The position numbers were made by a program, and so were the translations under genes. A DNA stretch of 64,000 nt from Polymyxa betae A26-41 (Eukaryota; Protista; Endomyxa: Phytomyxea). The notes beneath the pieces were generated by a model. That model ran no database searches. It was not told the DNA's origin and worked only from the letters and a program-made list of their open reading frames with translations. Shown here piece after piece: positions 48,533 to 62,099 of this stretch; position 1 is the first letter of the stretch, and every line of letters begins with the position of its first letter. The stretch lies in the NCBI GenBank assembly GCA_003693705.1, contig RBZT01000563.1, positions 124,001 to 188,000 of the forward strand, read 5' to 3'.

Positions 48533-50146
48533 TCATGATGAGCCTCTTAATCCATGAGTGCTTACGTAATATATAATAGTGGTAATCACGAGAATAAACA
48601 CGATCGAGGTCGGATAGAAATCCGTTACGAACCCAGACAAGACAATCGCGAAGCAAGCCGATGCGAACGTCAGTGGCGACGCCGGAAAGCATTGCATCCG
48701 AAACGATTCGCCGATCGTACTGCCCCTTAAACGAATCACTGCCAGGCCAGCTAAGCCTGCAAATAACCATGTGGCGACTCCTGAGTAATTAATCAAGATC
48801 GAAAGGTTGTTGCCAAGTAAGACCAGAACGCAGGACCAGGCGCATAACGCCATCGTGGAATTTGCAGGGACGCCTGCCTTATTCACTTTGCCGAACCATT
48901 CTGAAAACCGCAGCTTAGCAATTTCAGAATTACAACGAATCTGGTTATACAACGGACCACTGAAAATGCCATCTCGACCTGCAGCATAGAACAACCTTGC
49001 TTGACCAAAGATGGTGGCATGCGCAGCTCCCATTGTCGCTAACATGATTGCTAGCGATAGAGCGATGGCGAAGGCCTCGCCTCCGACTTTCATGGCGAAT
49101 GTGTAGCCAATGGAATCGGATGTTGCCAAAACCAGAGGGTCTATTACTCTCAGGTAAGCACTGCAATAAATGTTGATTAGATAGAAAGTCTAATCGACTA
49201 GATTGGTGCCATACTAATTGCAGAAAATGTATAAAGTGATGACGGTGAACATTCCGAAGAATGTACCGAGCGGGAGGTCCTTTTTCGGATTGTTGAACTC
49301 TTCTGATAGAGCGCACACTGAATTGTATCCAGAATATGCCCATAGAGCGCCCAGAGTCCCCAAACCGAACTTCCCTGGACTAGTTCCAGCAAAACAATCC
49401 GATAAACTGGAGAAGTTAGCGCCATCCATGAGAGATTGCGGTGTAAAGAACAGAGCCTGACAGAGTGGCATCAATGGCGATTTTAGAATGCAAAGCGACT
49501 CTTACAATAATAATCATGAAGACAGCAGCAACTTTGAAGACAACCATGGCTTGCTGAATTTCGGCCGATTGTTGGACCCCTTTTCTATTTACATGAGCTA
49601 AAACAACGATTAAGCCCACAGCTACGATTCCATGCGCTATTCCAGAGTTGATGTTGAAGATTGCCATAAAGTATTTAGCAAAGACGGTTGCCTCAATAGC
49701 TATGCTGCCTGAAGACAGCGCTAAGAAAGAGACGACAAGGAACGAGAAGGAGATGCTCTTGTTGAAAGCTTTCTCGAAATAAGCAGCTTCTGCAGCAGAA
49801 TTGACATGTCCTGTTGCTAGCTCTACATAGCATAAAGCTCCAAGAATGCTGAGAAACCCAGAGAACACCCAGACCAGAACTGAAGCGCAAGCAGAGCCTG
49901 CTGCAGCATATACAAGACCAGGTGTACTAAAGATACCGCTTCCTAAACAATCAAGTTTCGTGTTGGTCGTCTACGAGCACCATTTCATACATACGCACCG
50001 ATTATATTGCAAATGATCGTGCTGTAGGCATCCTTCAGACCCAGCTTTCCTTTTAGCACTGGTTTTGAATCGAATTGCAACGGAGCCGTCTCGAGTCCTT
50101 CATCGGGATCAGTCACATGTAACAGCGCTCCGAGACGATCGACCAT
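48533..50146 (-). CDS. APC-superfamily amino acid permease (LAT/SLC7-like)
   Basis: IIGSGIFSTPG, GALCYVELAT, ALWAYSGYN..EEFNNPKKDLP and ARLFYAAGRDG. About 12 TM segments over several exons. Confidence 0.9.
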
Positions 50147-50436
50147 AAATGGCGTCTTCTGAACCCAAAATGAAACTGAAAGAACTTCTCTATGTTGTCG
50201 AAACTACACATGCGACCCTTTACTGAGCTCTGTGTCTCGATAATGGAAAGGGGCCCGGCCTCTCTTACACGAGAGTGTAATGTTACCTCTAGAACCTGAT
50301 GGCGGGTCTGAACTCCAACAAGATGAGCTCAGCCATGGTACTATTCTGTACGAGGCAAAGAACATCTATAGGATAGATCGGCTAAGAAACATGTGAATAA
50401 GTGTTTGGATCGTTTTAATGCTTCGCGAGACGCAGC

Positions 50437-50969
50437 TCATTCTTCCAAATCTCCTGTGTACTGGACTCCAGGGAATCTTCCTTCGAGGCGATCGTCATTC
50501 CATTTCTCAAGCTAGGCCAGATGTAAATAGAAGATACGATATTTGGTCAAGAGACAGACCCAGCCGGTAGGGCAAATGCTTCGGAAGTAATGCTTCAGCT
50601 TTAAGCAATCCGGGTCCGTTGGTGATTTATCACGAGCGCAGAGAAGGAATTCGTTATAACGAGTCCAGCAGTGTCGGCTTTGATTTGTCGTCGGGAATCG
50701 GAAATCGATCGGAGCGGTCGTCGGCTTTCGAAACCGTTCCGGGAGATTCTCAAATGGGACATTTTCGGGATCCGGTGACAAATCAGAAGTTGGCTCTTCC
50801 GGTGCTTTGTCGCCAACGACTATCCAAATAAATGAATAAAAATTATCAGGAAAAACGTTCTAAAAAAGCGCGAGATTTGAAACCCAATCCTACCAGCCGC
50901 GGTGTCCTGAGACGACGTCGGCGCCTGTAATTCTCCAGCAGTTGGGATCTTGTGCAGATCGACACCCAT
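50437..50969 (-). CDS. COX6B: Cytochrome c oxidase subunit 6B
   Basis: TAPIDFRFPTTNQSRHCWTRYNEFLLC..C..YFRSICPTGW|LEKWNDDRLEGRFPG. The acidic/Pro-rich N-terminal extension is partly encoded by an inferred first exon. Confidence 0.9.
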
Positions 50970-51238
50970 GGTTATAAGCAGACGTGATCACGTTGGGATC
51001 GATACGCGGCTGTATAGAAATGGGAAACCCCTTTCAAAAACAATACGTCTTATTAAGGCAACTGAGACGTGAATGGGAACATAGCGCAGTTATCTCCATC
51101 ATATACAAACTTCTACTTTTTTCTATGTTCTATACTATCAAAGCAGCTTGGCTTTGAAGCCGAAGTCAATCCGTTCAGCAAGTCAATGGCGACTTCGTAA
51201 TTGTATGATTGGTTAATAGATAAACAGATATGACATGG

Positions 51239-53213
51239 TTACGGTTTAATCCCTATGTCTACGACCGAGTTCTTCTTCGAACCTGCCTGGCTAGAGGGCT
51301 TCGGTTCGAATAGCTCAGCCGGCAATCCATCGAACGAGGGTCGTCGTTCATTGATCAAGTCTGCGGAATGGGCGCTCTTGAAGTCCTGAACCGCCGCCGC
51401 AATGGCGTCTTTGCCTTGAGAAAGCAGCCCTTGGGGTACCATCTTGTTTGGTGTCAGCTGCTTCAGCTGAATAACCAGCTCGTTGTGCTCCCGAAGTGTC
51501 TTGTACACACGAACAAGCTTGGTCACAGCTAGAACTTTTTCTTTTAGAATGCCTCCTCGTTTTGCCAGCAGTTGGGACTTCTTAGTATTCTTTACTTTGA
51601 TTGCAACAGGCTCGCTTTCGCTGTCGCTCTCTGATTCGGAGGCGTCTCCATTCGACCCGATTACAGACGCCAGCATGTCGGTTACCTTTTCAGCAACGAA
51701 TGGCAGCGACCACGAAAAAACGTCCATGAAGTTTGGGAGGTAATACGGGTGCTCACAGTTCATAAACTGGCGAATGTTCAGCAGCTCGTCGTCAAAGTGC
51801 AAGCAGGCGCCCTTGTTCCGGTACACATCACTAAACACGGTCAACGTTTACTCTGCAATGCACAAACAGCTTGCGATTCTTACCAATAATTCGGAGCTAA
51901 AGAGCATTACGTTAGCAAAATGGAAGGAAAATCCGAGGTTAGACCTACCGCTGAATATTGTTATTATTCTTGGTATACCGTGTTTGTTCTGCATCTGCAT
52001 GCGATAACCTTCCAGCTGGGCTTCGTGCGCCCGAATGATAGCTGTCAAGTGGTTTTTCTTCAAGAACGTATCGACAGCAGAGACGCCGAATACGAACGAG
52101 CACTGACGCGTCTCGTTGTACATAAACCAGGAATCTGGTGAATCTCCATTCTGTTGCTTTAATGGACTCGCCGAAGCAGGGTTACGTCTGATACCGTCTT
52201 CGCTAGCCGCCTCGTGCTCCTGGTTCTCGTCAAATGGATCCGACCACAATAGGTCGCACATGGGTCCTTCTCGCGGAACTTCTCGAAACCGCTCGATATC
52301 GTTAATATCGTTCAGAAGAGTGATATCTGGAGACAGTCCTCCATGCATACAGAGGAACTTCTCGTTGATAGTTGCTGCCAGCGGTAGGCAATCAAAAGAG
52401 TCCATGAACTCGTTATACAGTTCGATTGTATACTTGAACACACATTCATCGCGAAAATTAAAGAACGAGGTCAGATGCCGGCATTCGTGATTACCTCGAA
52501 GCATGAAAAACGTATCCGGATGGGAAATCTTGACCGCATATAGATACAGCAAAACCTCACAGGAAAAACAGCCTCGATCAACATAATCTCCCTATAAAAA
52601 TAATTAAAGACGAGCAGTAAGCATGGAAGGATAGTGTTACAAGGAAGAGATACTGAACTTCAGCAGGATCGCCACCGACTTGCAGTAATCTCATCATATC
52701 GTAATATTGGCCATGCAGATCGCCACAGACCGTGATAGGGTCGTGAAGATGCAAGAGATTAGGCTCCTTACGAAAGACAGCCGACGCCGTTTCGATAATG
52801 CGAACAGCACAGCCATGCGTGATTTTGCCTTCGCGAAGAAAATGGTTCTTGAGAAGCTCAAGGTTAGGCAGCCGGCCATTGTCCTTGGTGAATAGCATTT
52901 CTTCGGTCATAGGACGCCGAGGGATAGGAGAAACCGAGGTCACAACGCGATCGTCGTGAGGCTCTGCAAGACTCCCATCTGGAATCTTTGCTGCGATTGC
53001 AGCATTGATGGCAGCAGCGGTAGGCGGCAGCGCTTTAGATTCTTGATCTGAAGGCAAGGGGGTTTTCTTGCCGAAGTCATCCTCTTCCTCGTCTGAAGGT
53101 TTCTCTAACTCGTCTAATTCCTTATGGTTCAAATTGCTGACAGCGTCATCAGCTTTCGGAGCCTGCGGTTCGAGATCGGAAGGAAGAGCACCTGCTGTTG
53201 ACGATTTCATCAT
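51239..53213 (-). CDS. CNA1: Calcineurin (PP2B) catalytic subunit A
   Basis: GDLHGQYYD, GDYVDRG, LRGNHECRHLT, IRAHEAQ and SAPNYC. CnB-binding helix LPNFMDVFSWSLPFVAEKVTDML, CaM-binding ILKEKVLAVTKLVRVYKTLRE, and autoinhibitory DLINERRP. Confidence 0.95.
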
Positions 53214-53843
53214 GAAACAGCTAAAGCTATAGCGTCAAAAACTACTGTTGATTAGACTTTAGACTCTTCAGAATTCACCACAGCCAGCCTGGTATCTTTC
53301 CATGTACTAGATCGATCCCGCACCTTCAGATTTCCTTTATATATTCAATCTTCTGCAAGGTACGTCAGGCTTGGAGCAAGTTTCAGAAAATATCGATATC
53401 ATTCAAATCATACCATACTTAGACTTAAAGCTTTACACAGTTCAAGCAGATACACCGAGCCTGATTGCAATGCTTTTGATCTTAAAGCTCCATCAATTAT
53501 GACATAATAATAAAGCTATACCACCTATCAGGTGCCACAACAAAATGAGCAATTAGATAATTCTATGCGTTGGAATTCTTAGGAGACTCAATGGTCAATA
53601 GTAAGCAGACACTGGACTGTAAAATCTAAACTAATATGCATGGACCTTTGAAATCATCAGAGGCTGTACTCGAAAGCAGTAGCATGGTAACTTCGTAATC
53701 CCTGGATTCATAGCAACAAATGAAATGCCTTTGATATGAGAGTTCACGCAGTTTTAAAAGGATCTCTATTGCGTGGCCTTCTGTGACAACGCTACTGGAA
53801 AAGTTTCGATACTGTTAGTGACATAGAGAATTGAATTCACATT

Positions 53844-56800
53844 ATGCAGACTTTAGGCGTTGAGGAGAAAGCATTCTATTCGTTAGACGCCCAACAAGTG
53901 GCTAAGGAATTCAATGTCGATCTCGAAAAGGGCTTAAGTGCTGAAGAAGTCCATGCACGATTGGAAAAATATGGGCCGAATGTGCTTTCAGGAAAAACGG
54001 CTGAAAGCATATGGATTCTGCTATTTCGACAGCTGGCCAATTCGATGACGCTTGTTCTTCTTGCGGCAACTGTGCTCTCATTTATTACGAAGGATTATGC
54101 TGAAGCCATCGTCGTTTTTCTCATCATCATCGCCAACACCTTCACCGGTCTGTACCAAGAAATGAAAGCTGAAAAGACAATGTCTGCTTTGCGAAGTATG
54201 TCATCGCCAACCGCTAATGTATTAAGAGATGGTGAGCAGAAAACCATCCCTACAATAGACTTGGTACCAGGTATGAATAACAACACGATATCGTATTAGC
54301 ACGAAATGTTTTGTAGGTGATATACTTCTGTTGAAGAATGGAGACAATATTGGCGCTGATTGCAGGCTGATCTACAGTCAGATTCTTGGGATTGATGAAG
54401 CCCTCCTTACTGGGGAAACCCACCAAGTCGAAAAGCATACAGGAGTTATTGGGAGCGAGAAAGTCCCTGTTGGCGATCAGTTCAATATGGTGTTTTCCAG
54501 TACGACCGTGACGCAAGGACGAGGCAAAGGTCTGGTGGTTCGAACTGTAGGTTTGGATTATAGTAATGGATTTCAATGGTAATGTCGGTTTCTTCAGGGA
54601 ATGGAATCAGAACTGGGAAAGATTGCTAAGTCTATGTTTGAGACCAAAACCAACGATTCCAAAACCCCTTTGCAACGCTCGCTCGATAACATGGGAACGC
54701 TGCTGATCTTCGTTTCTGAAGTTCTTGCTCTGATCGTCTTCGCTGTGAACGACTTTGTATTTAATGTCAATGTCGTCCTGTACGCTGTTGCTGTCGCCAT
54801 CGCCGTTATTCCTGAAGGTTCGCGCGCACGAATAGTTCTGCAATACTCAATCAACAAACGTTATAGGCTTGATGGCCGTCGTCACTCTGACAATGGCCTT
54901 GGGTATGCGTCAGATGTCAAAGCAGCGTGTTCTGGTCCGAAAACTGATCGCTCTGGAATCTCTCGGAAGGGTCACTAACGTTTGCTCTGATAAAACTGGC
55001 ACCCTGACGCAAGCCGTTATGACCGTTACGAAAATCTGGCTCCCCGGCAATGGGGTTTATTCAGATGAGGTCCAACAGGGTGTCGACGTCTCCAAGGAAA
55101 AGGTCGTTGAACCACATGTCGAAAGTTTAATAGAGAATGGAACAAGTTCATTTCAGTTACTTGGAAAATGTGCATCATTATGCAATATGGCGGAGCTGAA
55201 ATTTGATTCTGATGGTAATCTGCTGTATGGGATCGGAGATGCAACCGAAATCGCTCTACAAAAATTTGCTCACAAATACGATTTGGGAAAGAAAACAATT
55301 ATTTCTGACGATGGCTATGATCTATGGGTCGAACATACGTTCGATTCTACTCATAAGCGAATGGCTGTTGTCTATAAGAATCCACATGGTGAGGGCGCTG
55401 TAGTTTTTGTCAAAGGTGCGACAGAGAAGATCATGGGGCGATGTGTCGCGATTCAAAGAGCAAACAAGGCCTGTCCAATGTCCTATGAAGAATTGGCTAA
55501 TGAGATCCTGCCGGTTGTGCAAAGGTTATCATCTCAGGGAATGAGAACTATATCATTAGCGATGCGCTACTTGGAGAACGTCTCATGTATGGACGCTGCG
55601 AAAGAGATCCCTCGTGGGGAAGTCGAGTCGAAGTTAATGTTCCTTGGACTTGCCGGTATCACTGATCCTCCCCGACCAGAGAGCAGAGCCAGTGTCGATC
55701 TGTGCCACGAAGCTGGAATAACCGTTCACATGTTGACTGGAGATCACCTCATGACGGCAGTGGCGATCGCGCGACAAGTCGGTATCTTGCCATCATTGGG
55801 TGACGTACGAGAAGGTGAAAGTCTATGCATTATGGAGGATGAGAACTGTCTGGTGATGACTTCATCTGAGTTTGATCACATGACCGACAATCAAATCGGT
55901 AGGTAACCAGATCTTATTCTGTCTTTGCCTAAAGTGTTGCAGATGCTCTCACGGATCTGCCGAAGGTTATTGCAAGATGCAGTCCACAAACGAAAGTTCG
56001 AATGATTCAGGCTCTTCATCGAAGAGGATGTATTGTGGCTATGACTGGAGATGGTGTCAACGATTCTCCCAGCTTGAAGTTAGCTGATGTTGGGATCTCC
56101 ATGGGACAGAATAGCTCCGACGTTGCCAAACAAGCGTCCGATATCGTCTTGACTGATAATAATTTCGCCAGTATCGTCAATGCAATTGCAGAGGGACGTC
56201 GTATATTCAGAAATATCCAGCGATTCGTTGCTGTATTGATTGGCGGAAATGTAGCCGAACTATTTGTTCTGATGCTTGGTTTGTCGTTCGTCGACTCTAG
56301 TGGTCATTCCGTATTTCCATTATCACCTATCCAGATTCTAGTTAACAATATGGTCAGGAGAAGACCTATTACTACGTGCTATATCTTACATCTGATTAAC
56401 TAGGTAACTGGAACTCCATCCGCGCTAGCGCTTGGTATGGAGAAGAAAACGCCTGATGCCATGAAAAGGCCTCCTCGATCGGCAAAGCTCGGGCTCTTCG
56501 ACGCCGAACTCGTCACTGATATCATTTTCTATGGTTGTATTATTGGTGCAATCACACTCTTCGATTTCTATGCAACTATTCACTGGTTCGGGAATGGAGT
56601 TCTTGGATCTGAATGCGACGTCAATTTTACCGACCGATGCAACGATCTGTATCAAGCTCGCGGTGTCGTGTTTGCAGCATTGACAATCTTGATGCTTCTG
56701 CACACATATAACTGTCGTGATATTCGAGGTCGTATGTGGAATATGGCAGGGCTACGTCGGTTCTTTGATAATCCCTCCATTACCAATGCTGTGGTTATCG

Positions 56801-56973
56801 GATGCTCCATTGCTATCGTATCGCTCTACATCCCTGGACTCAATGATAGAGTGTTCAAGCAGATCGGGTTTGTAGCTGAATGGAGTCTGGTTTTCGTTTC
56901 CATTCTTGTCTTCATTGTAATTTCCGAATTGTACAAAATATTCAAGACCTGGCTTCTCCCTCCGTTCCATTAG
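53844..56973 (+). CDS. ENA: ENA-type (P2D) Na+/K+-exporting P-type ATPase, copy 1
   Basis: DEALLTGET, VIPEG, CSDKTGTLTQ, GDATEIAL, KGATE, DPPRPES, AGITVHMLTGDH and MTGDGVNDSPSLK (the last two are typical of ENA pumps). Five predicted introns. Confidence 0.9.
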
Positions 56974-57784
56974 TCATTTACCATTATATATCATTGTAGA
57001 ACTGAGGGAGGGCGCAATCTGAATCTAACTGCAACTAATACGTTTTACAACAGATAGGCGAGCTGAATACGTGAACATGTTTTCTGTATAAATATTGTCT
57101 TTTTGTAATTCAAAAGTTTTCAAATTTGCTACCGATGGGCCTCGACGAGCTGTTTCGACCTCTGTACTGTACAGAACGATTGACCTAACAGCAGCTTTTT
57201 CAACAGCCCTCCTGCATTTGAGAGGTGTCAGAAGGTTGCATTGGCAAATTCCCAGGCAGACAGGCAAGCGAATAATTCCGGATCAAATCTCTCCATGTTT
57301 GAACAGACGACGGAACCGAACCTTAAGCCGGCAGGATTCAGATAATACAGAGATGAAGCGACTCCAGTAACGAAATCATCTTCTTTTGGAAATGTCTCGG
57401 AGGCTGCTCCGCTGCCTTGGCTTTTCTAGTCTGTAGATAGGCTATAGGCAGGATCAGAACCAAACTTCATGGGCACCCATGCAGAAATCTGGGTTCAGAG
57501 ACACTCATTTTTAAATCGATATTCGAGGCTAGCTCATAAGCGCGCCTGAAAATCCTCATGTTAGCAGAAGAGATTGTGTCAAACGAATCATAGGCTGGAT
57601 AGAGCCTGTTTGTATCAACTCAAGGAAAGTTTCCTTAACTTGGCGAATCGACAGAACTCAGCCTCATCGCTCCGTATGTTGCCATTAGCAAGAAAATAGT
57701 TAATTTCTGTCAGGTTCTGTCCACTATGTTCTGGTTTCAATCTCCGAATCATGCGTTCATCGATCTTCAAGCTCTGTTCAGAAT

Positions 57785-60700
57785 ATGAACCGAGCCTACC
57801 ATACCTTAACTGTCGACCAAATCCTGGCCGAATTATGTGTTGATCCAGATATCGGTTTATCTGACAAAGAGATCAACGATCGATTCCAGAAATATGGCCC
57901 GAATGCGCTTTTTAAAGAAAAGACTGAAAGCCCATGGATTCTACTCTTCAATCAGCTGGCCAATTCTATGACCTTTGTTCTAATTGTCGCAACTGTTCTG
58001 GCGTTCGTCACCCAAGATTTCGCTGAAGCCATTGTTGTTCTACTGATCATCATCGCCAATACTTTGATTGGTTTCTATCAAGATTATAAAGCTGAAAAGA
58101 CAATGGCTGCTTTACGAAGTATGGCATCACCGACTGCTAATGTATTAAGAAACGGCGAACCAAAACACATTCCTGCATCAGAGGTGGTTCCAGGTATTCA
58201 ACCAAAACCCGATTTCATTGATTTCTGAGTCTCACTTCCAAGGCGATATTCTTCTTTTGAAGGGCGGTGATAATGTTGGGGCTGATAGTAGGCTGATCAC
58301 CTGCCATAGTATTGGTGCTGATGAGGCTCTGCTTACTGGCGAGACCCATCAAATCGAGAAGCATTGCGATGTGATTGAAGAAGAGCAGGTTCCTGTTGGT
58401 GATCAACACAATATGGTATTCGCAAGCACAACGGTGACACAAGGTAGAGGACGTGGCGTCGTTGTACGAACTGTAAGTCTGTCCTTTGGTGACGTCGCTT
58501 TACTCAATCCGATCGTTTCAGGGAATGTACACGGAGCTGGGTAAAATCGCCAAATCGATGTTCGAGACGAAATCGCGAGAATCTCAAACCCCATTGCAAC
58601 GCTCGCTTAGTAATATGGGGCTCGTGTTATTAGCTGTGGCAGTCGTGTTTGCAGTCATTATTTTTGCTGCGAACGGATTTGACGTGACGGTGAGCGTTCT
58701 TCTCTATGCTGTTGCTGTTGCGATTGCTGTCATTCCTGAAGGTCCCAGATCACAATTCGTCCGTGCTAATTGATTTAATCGCATTTAGGTTTAATCGCCA
58801 TTGTGACTTTGACGATGGCCCTGGGAATGCGTCAAATGGCCAGGCAGCGTGTTCTGGTTCGAAGACTGATCGCTCTGGAGCTGCTGGGAAGAGTCACAAA
58901 TGTCTGCTCTGATAAGACCGGCACCTTAACTCAGGCCATCATGACTGTTTCGAAAATCTGGCTTCCTGATATTGGGATCTATTCAGATGAGGTCTCGCAG
59001 ACCTCGGAGCCACTGAAAGAGACAGCTGGAGAATCAACCTCCATCCAATCATTGGTTGAGAACAGAATAAGCTCCTTCTTGCTTTTCGTGAAATGTTCAT
59101 CCTTATGTAATATGGCTGAATTGAAGTTCGATGACAGTAATCACCTCATCTCTGGTATTGGAGACGCCACCGAAATCGCCTTGCAAAAGTTTGCTCACAA
59201 GTACGAGTTCGACAAGCAGAAGATAATCTCCGAGGAAGGATGGGAGCTATGGGTGGAACATGCGTTCGATTCTCATCATAAAAGAATGTCGGTGATCTAT
59301 CACCATCCGCATGATCATGAAACTGTGATCTTCACAAAGGGCGCTCCTGAAAGGGTATTGGCTCGGTGTATGTTCATCCGACGAACAGACCAAATCTCTC
59401 CAGCATCATTCGAGGAATTATCGAATGAGGTTCTGCCGGTCGTGCAAAGATTATCGTCGCAGGGCATGAGGACTATAGCGCTAGCGATGCGTTATCTGGA
59501 CAATGGCACATCAATGAACTCAGCCAAAAAAATCCCCCGGAAGGAAGTTGAATCGAAGCTGATCTTTATTGGACTTGCTGGTATCAGTGATCCTCCTCGA
59601 CCTGAAAGTAAGCTCAGCGTTGCAATGTGCTATGATGCTGGAATCACGGTTCACATGCTGACGGGAGATCATCTGCTGACAGCAGTTGCTATAGCTCGAC
59701 AGGTTGGTATATTACCCTCATTGGATCAAACATATTATCAGGAATCTCGATACATGCTCGAGGAAGAGAAAGAATACGTCATGACATCCACTGAATTCGA
59801 TAACATGACTGATAACCAGCTCAGTATGATCATCACTTTTATTTGATCGATAATATGCTAACTTACAGCAGATGCTCTGGAGACTTTACCGAAGGTTATA
59901 GCCAGGTGTAGCCCCCAGACGAAAGTTCGAATGATTAAGGCTCTTCATCGAAGAGGATGTATTGTGGCTATGACTGGAGATGGTGTTAATGATTCTCCCA
60001 GCTTGAAGTTAGCTGATGTTGGGATCTCCATGGGACAGAATAGCTCCGATGTCGCCAAACAGGCGTCCGATATCGTCTTGACTGATAATAACTTCGCCAA
60101 CATCGTCAACGGCATCGCCGAAGGACGTCGTATTTTCAAAAACATCCAGCGATTTGTTGTTGTTCTGGTCGGGGGAAATATAGCCGAACTGTTCGTTCTG
60201 ATGATCGGGTTGGCGTTCGTCGCCAATGGGCACTCTGTGTTCCCGTTGTCACCGATCCAGATTTTAGTGAACAACCTTGTAGCTGAGCCAATCAATGCTT
60301 AGATGCCTTAACTGATCTTTTTCATAGGTGACGGGAACGCCCTCGGCGTTAGGGCTTGGAATGGAGAAGAAATCACCCGATACGATGCAACAGCCCCCTC
60401 GAAACGCCAAGTTGGGGCTTTTTGACATCGAGCTTATTACAGATATATTTTTCTATGGATGCGTCATTGGGGCGATCACGCTCTTCGATTTTCAAGCAAC
60501 TGTTCAATGGTTCGGTGATGGATATCTTGCACCGGATTGCGATTTCGTTTTCACTGACCAGTGCAATACTCTATATCGAGCACGTGGTGTTGCATTCGCA
60601 GTATTGACAGTTTTAATGCTGCTGCATACATATAACTGCCGAGACCTTCGCGGTCGAATGTGGAATGTTGCAGGAATGCGACGGTTTTTTGACAACCATG

Positions 60701-60897
60701 CCATTACGGTGGCTGTTGCGATCGGTTGTTCAATTGTGGTTATATCGCTCTATGTCCCAGTTCTGAACAACAAGGTTTTTAAGCAACTCGGATTTGATGC
60801 CGAATGGAGTTTGGTTTTCGCCTCGATTTTCGTGTTTATTGTAATTTCGGATCTGTATAAGGTGGGGAAATGTTGGGTCCTGCGACGTCTCCATTGA
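57785..60897 (+). CDS. ENA: ENA-type (P2D) P-type ATPase, copy 2 (tandem paralogue)
   Basis: Same motifs and same intron positions as copy 1. Confidence 0.9.
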
Positions 60898-61009
60898 AGG
60901 GGCAGTTGCTTATGCTTATTGTTAAGTAAAAACCATGGACTACCATATACATACCAATACAAATGTTTTACAATACTGTATACTCAACAGATTGTTCAAG
61001 ATAAATCCT

Positions 61010-62080
61010 GGAAGATCATAAGACTCTTGTTATGACATTTGATGAATTCGACAGTATGATGTATCAAATCGGTAAAGAACAATATCTGCTTTCTTTGAAC
61101 TGGCCCTTTTGCTAATAGCTTGCAGATGCTCTCGTGAATCTTCCGAAAATTTCAGCCAGGCGTAGCTCCCAGACGAGAGTTCGAATGATTCAGGCTCTTC
61201 ATCGAAGAGGATGTATTGTGGCTATGACTGGAGATGGTGTTAATGCTTCTCCCATCTTGAAGTTAGCTGATGTTGGGATCTTCCTGGGACAAAACAGCAC
61301 CGATGTTGCCAAACAGGCATCCGATATCGTCTTGACTGATAAAGATTTCTGCCAACATCGTCAACGGCATTGCAGAAGGACGTCGTATTTGCAGAGATAT
61401 TCAGCGATTCATTGTTGTTCTGGTCGGGGAAAATATAGCCGAACTGTTCGTTGTAGTGATTGGCCTAGCCTTCGTCGATGTTGCTGGCCATTCTGTGTTT
61501 CCGTTAACGCCGATCTTGATTCTAGATAGTAGCCTGGTCATGAGGAGGAACTGTTCCTCCACTTTCTAATAGTTTCTGATGGATTAGGTGATTGGAACAC
61601 CATCGACTTTTGCGCTTGGTATGGAGAACAATCTGAACATTCAATGAACCGCCTACCCTGATGATTAAAGCTCGGTCTCTTCTAATGTTCATATGATTGG
61701 TGATTTCCATGACAATATTCAGTGGTTGGAATCCCAACTAGTTGCGACACGAGGTTTGGCAAATCACTGACGATTCGTATCGTGCTCTAGTAATGGTGAT
61801 TGCTGGGTTGACGATCTTTCATGCTGTTGCATACATATCGCGATATCCGAGCACTAATGTGGAGTATGAAAACATTCTTTGAGAATCCTGCCCATTACCC
61901 AAGCTGTGGCTATCGGCTGTTGTTCTGTCGTGATCATATCACAATACCTTCCAGGTTGGAACACCAAAGTCTTTCAACAGCGAGCATTTGCAGCACATCC
62001 ACTGTTGTATTTTAATGCAATTTCTGAGTAATATAAAAAGTGTTGGATTCTTCCACCATTTCTTCGAATACAGACATTAA
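61010..62080 (+). pseudogene. Truncated, frameshifted third ENA copy (3' part only)
   Basis: Starts in the P-domain, retains the intron before DAL..LPK, and has GDGVNASP (D lost). Frameshift near 61345 and decayed TM7-10 sequence (MLLHTYRDIR). Confidence 0.85.
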
Positions 62081-62099
62081 TCATAGGCCGAACGAGAAA

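Noticed and set aside
56974-57784. ORFs in the spacer between the ENA copies as a gene or mobile element
   Set aside because: Short, with no domain, terminal repeats or target-site duplication seen.
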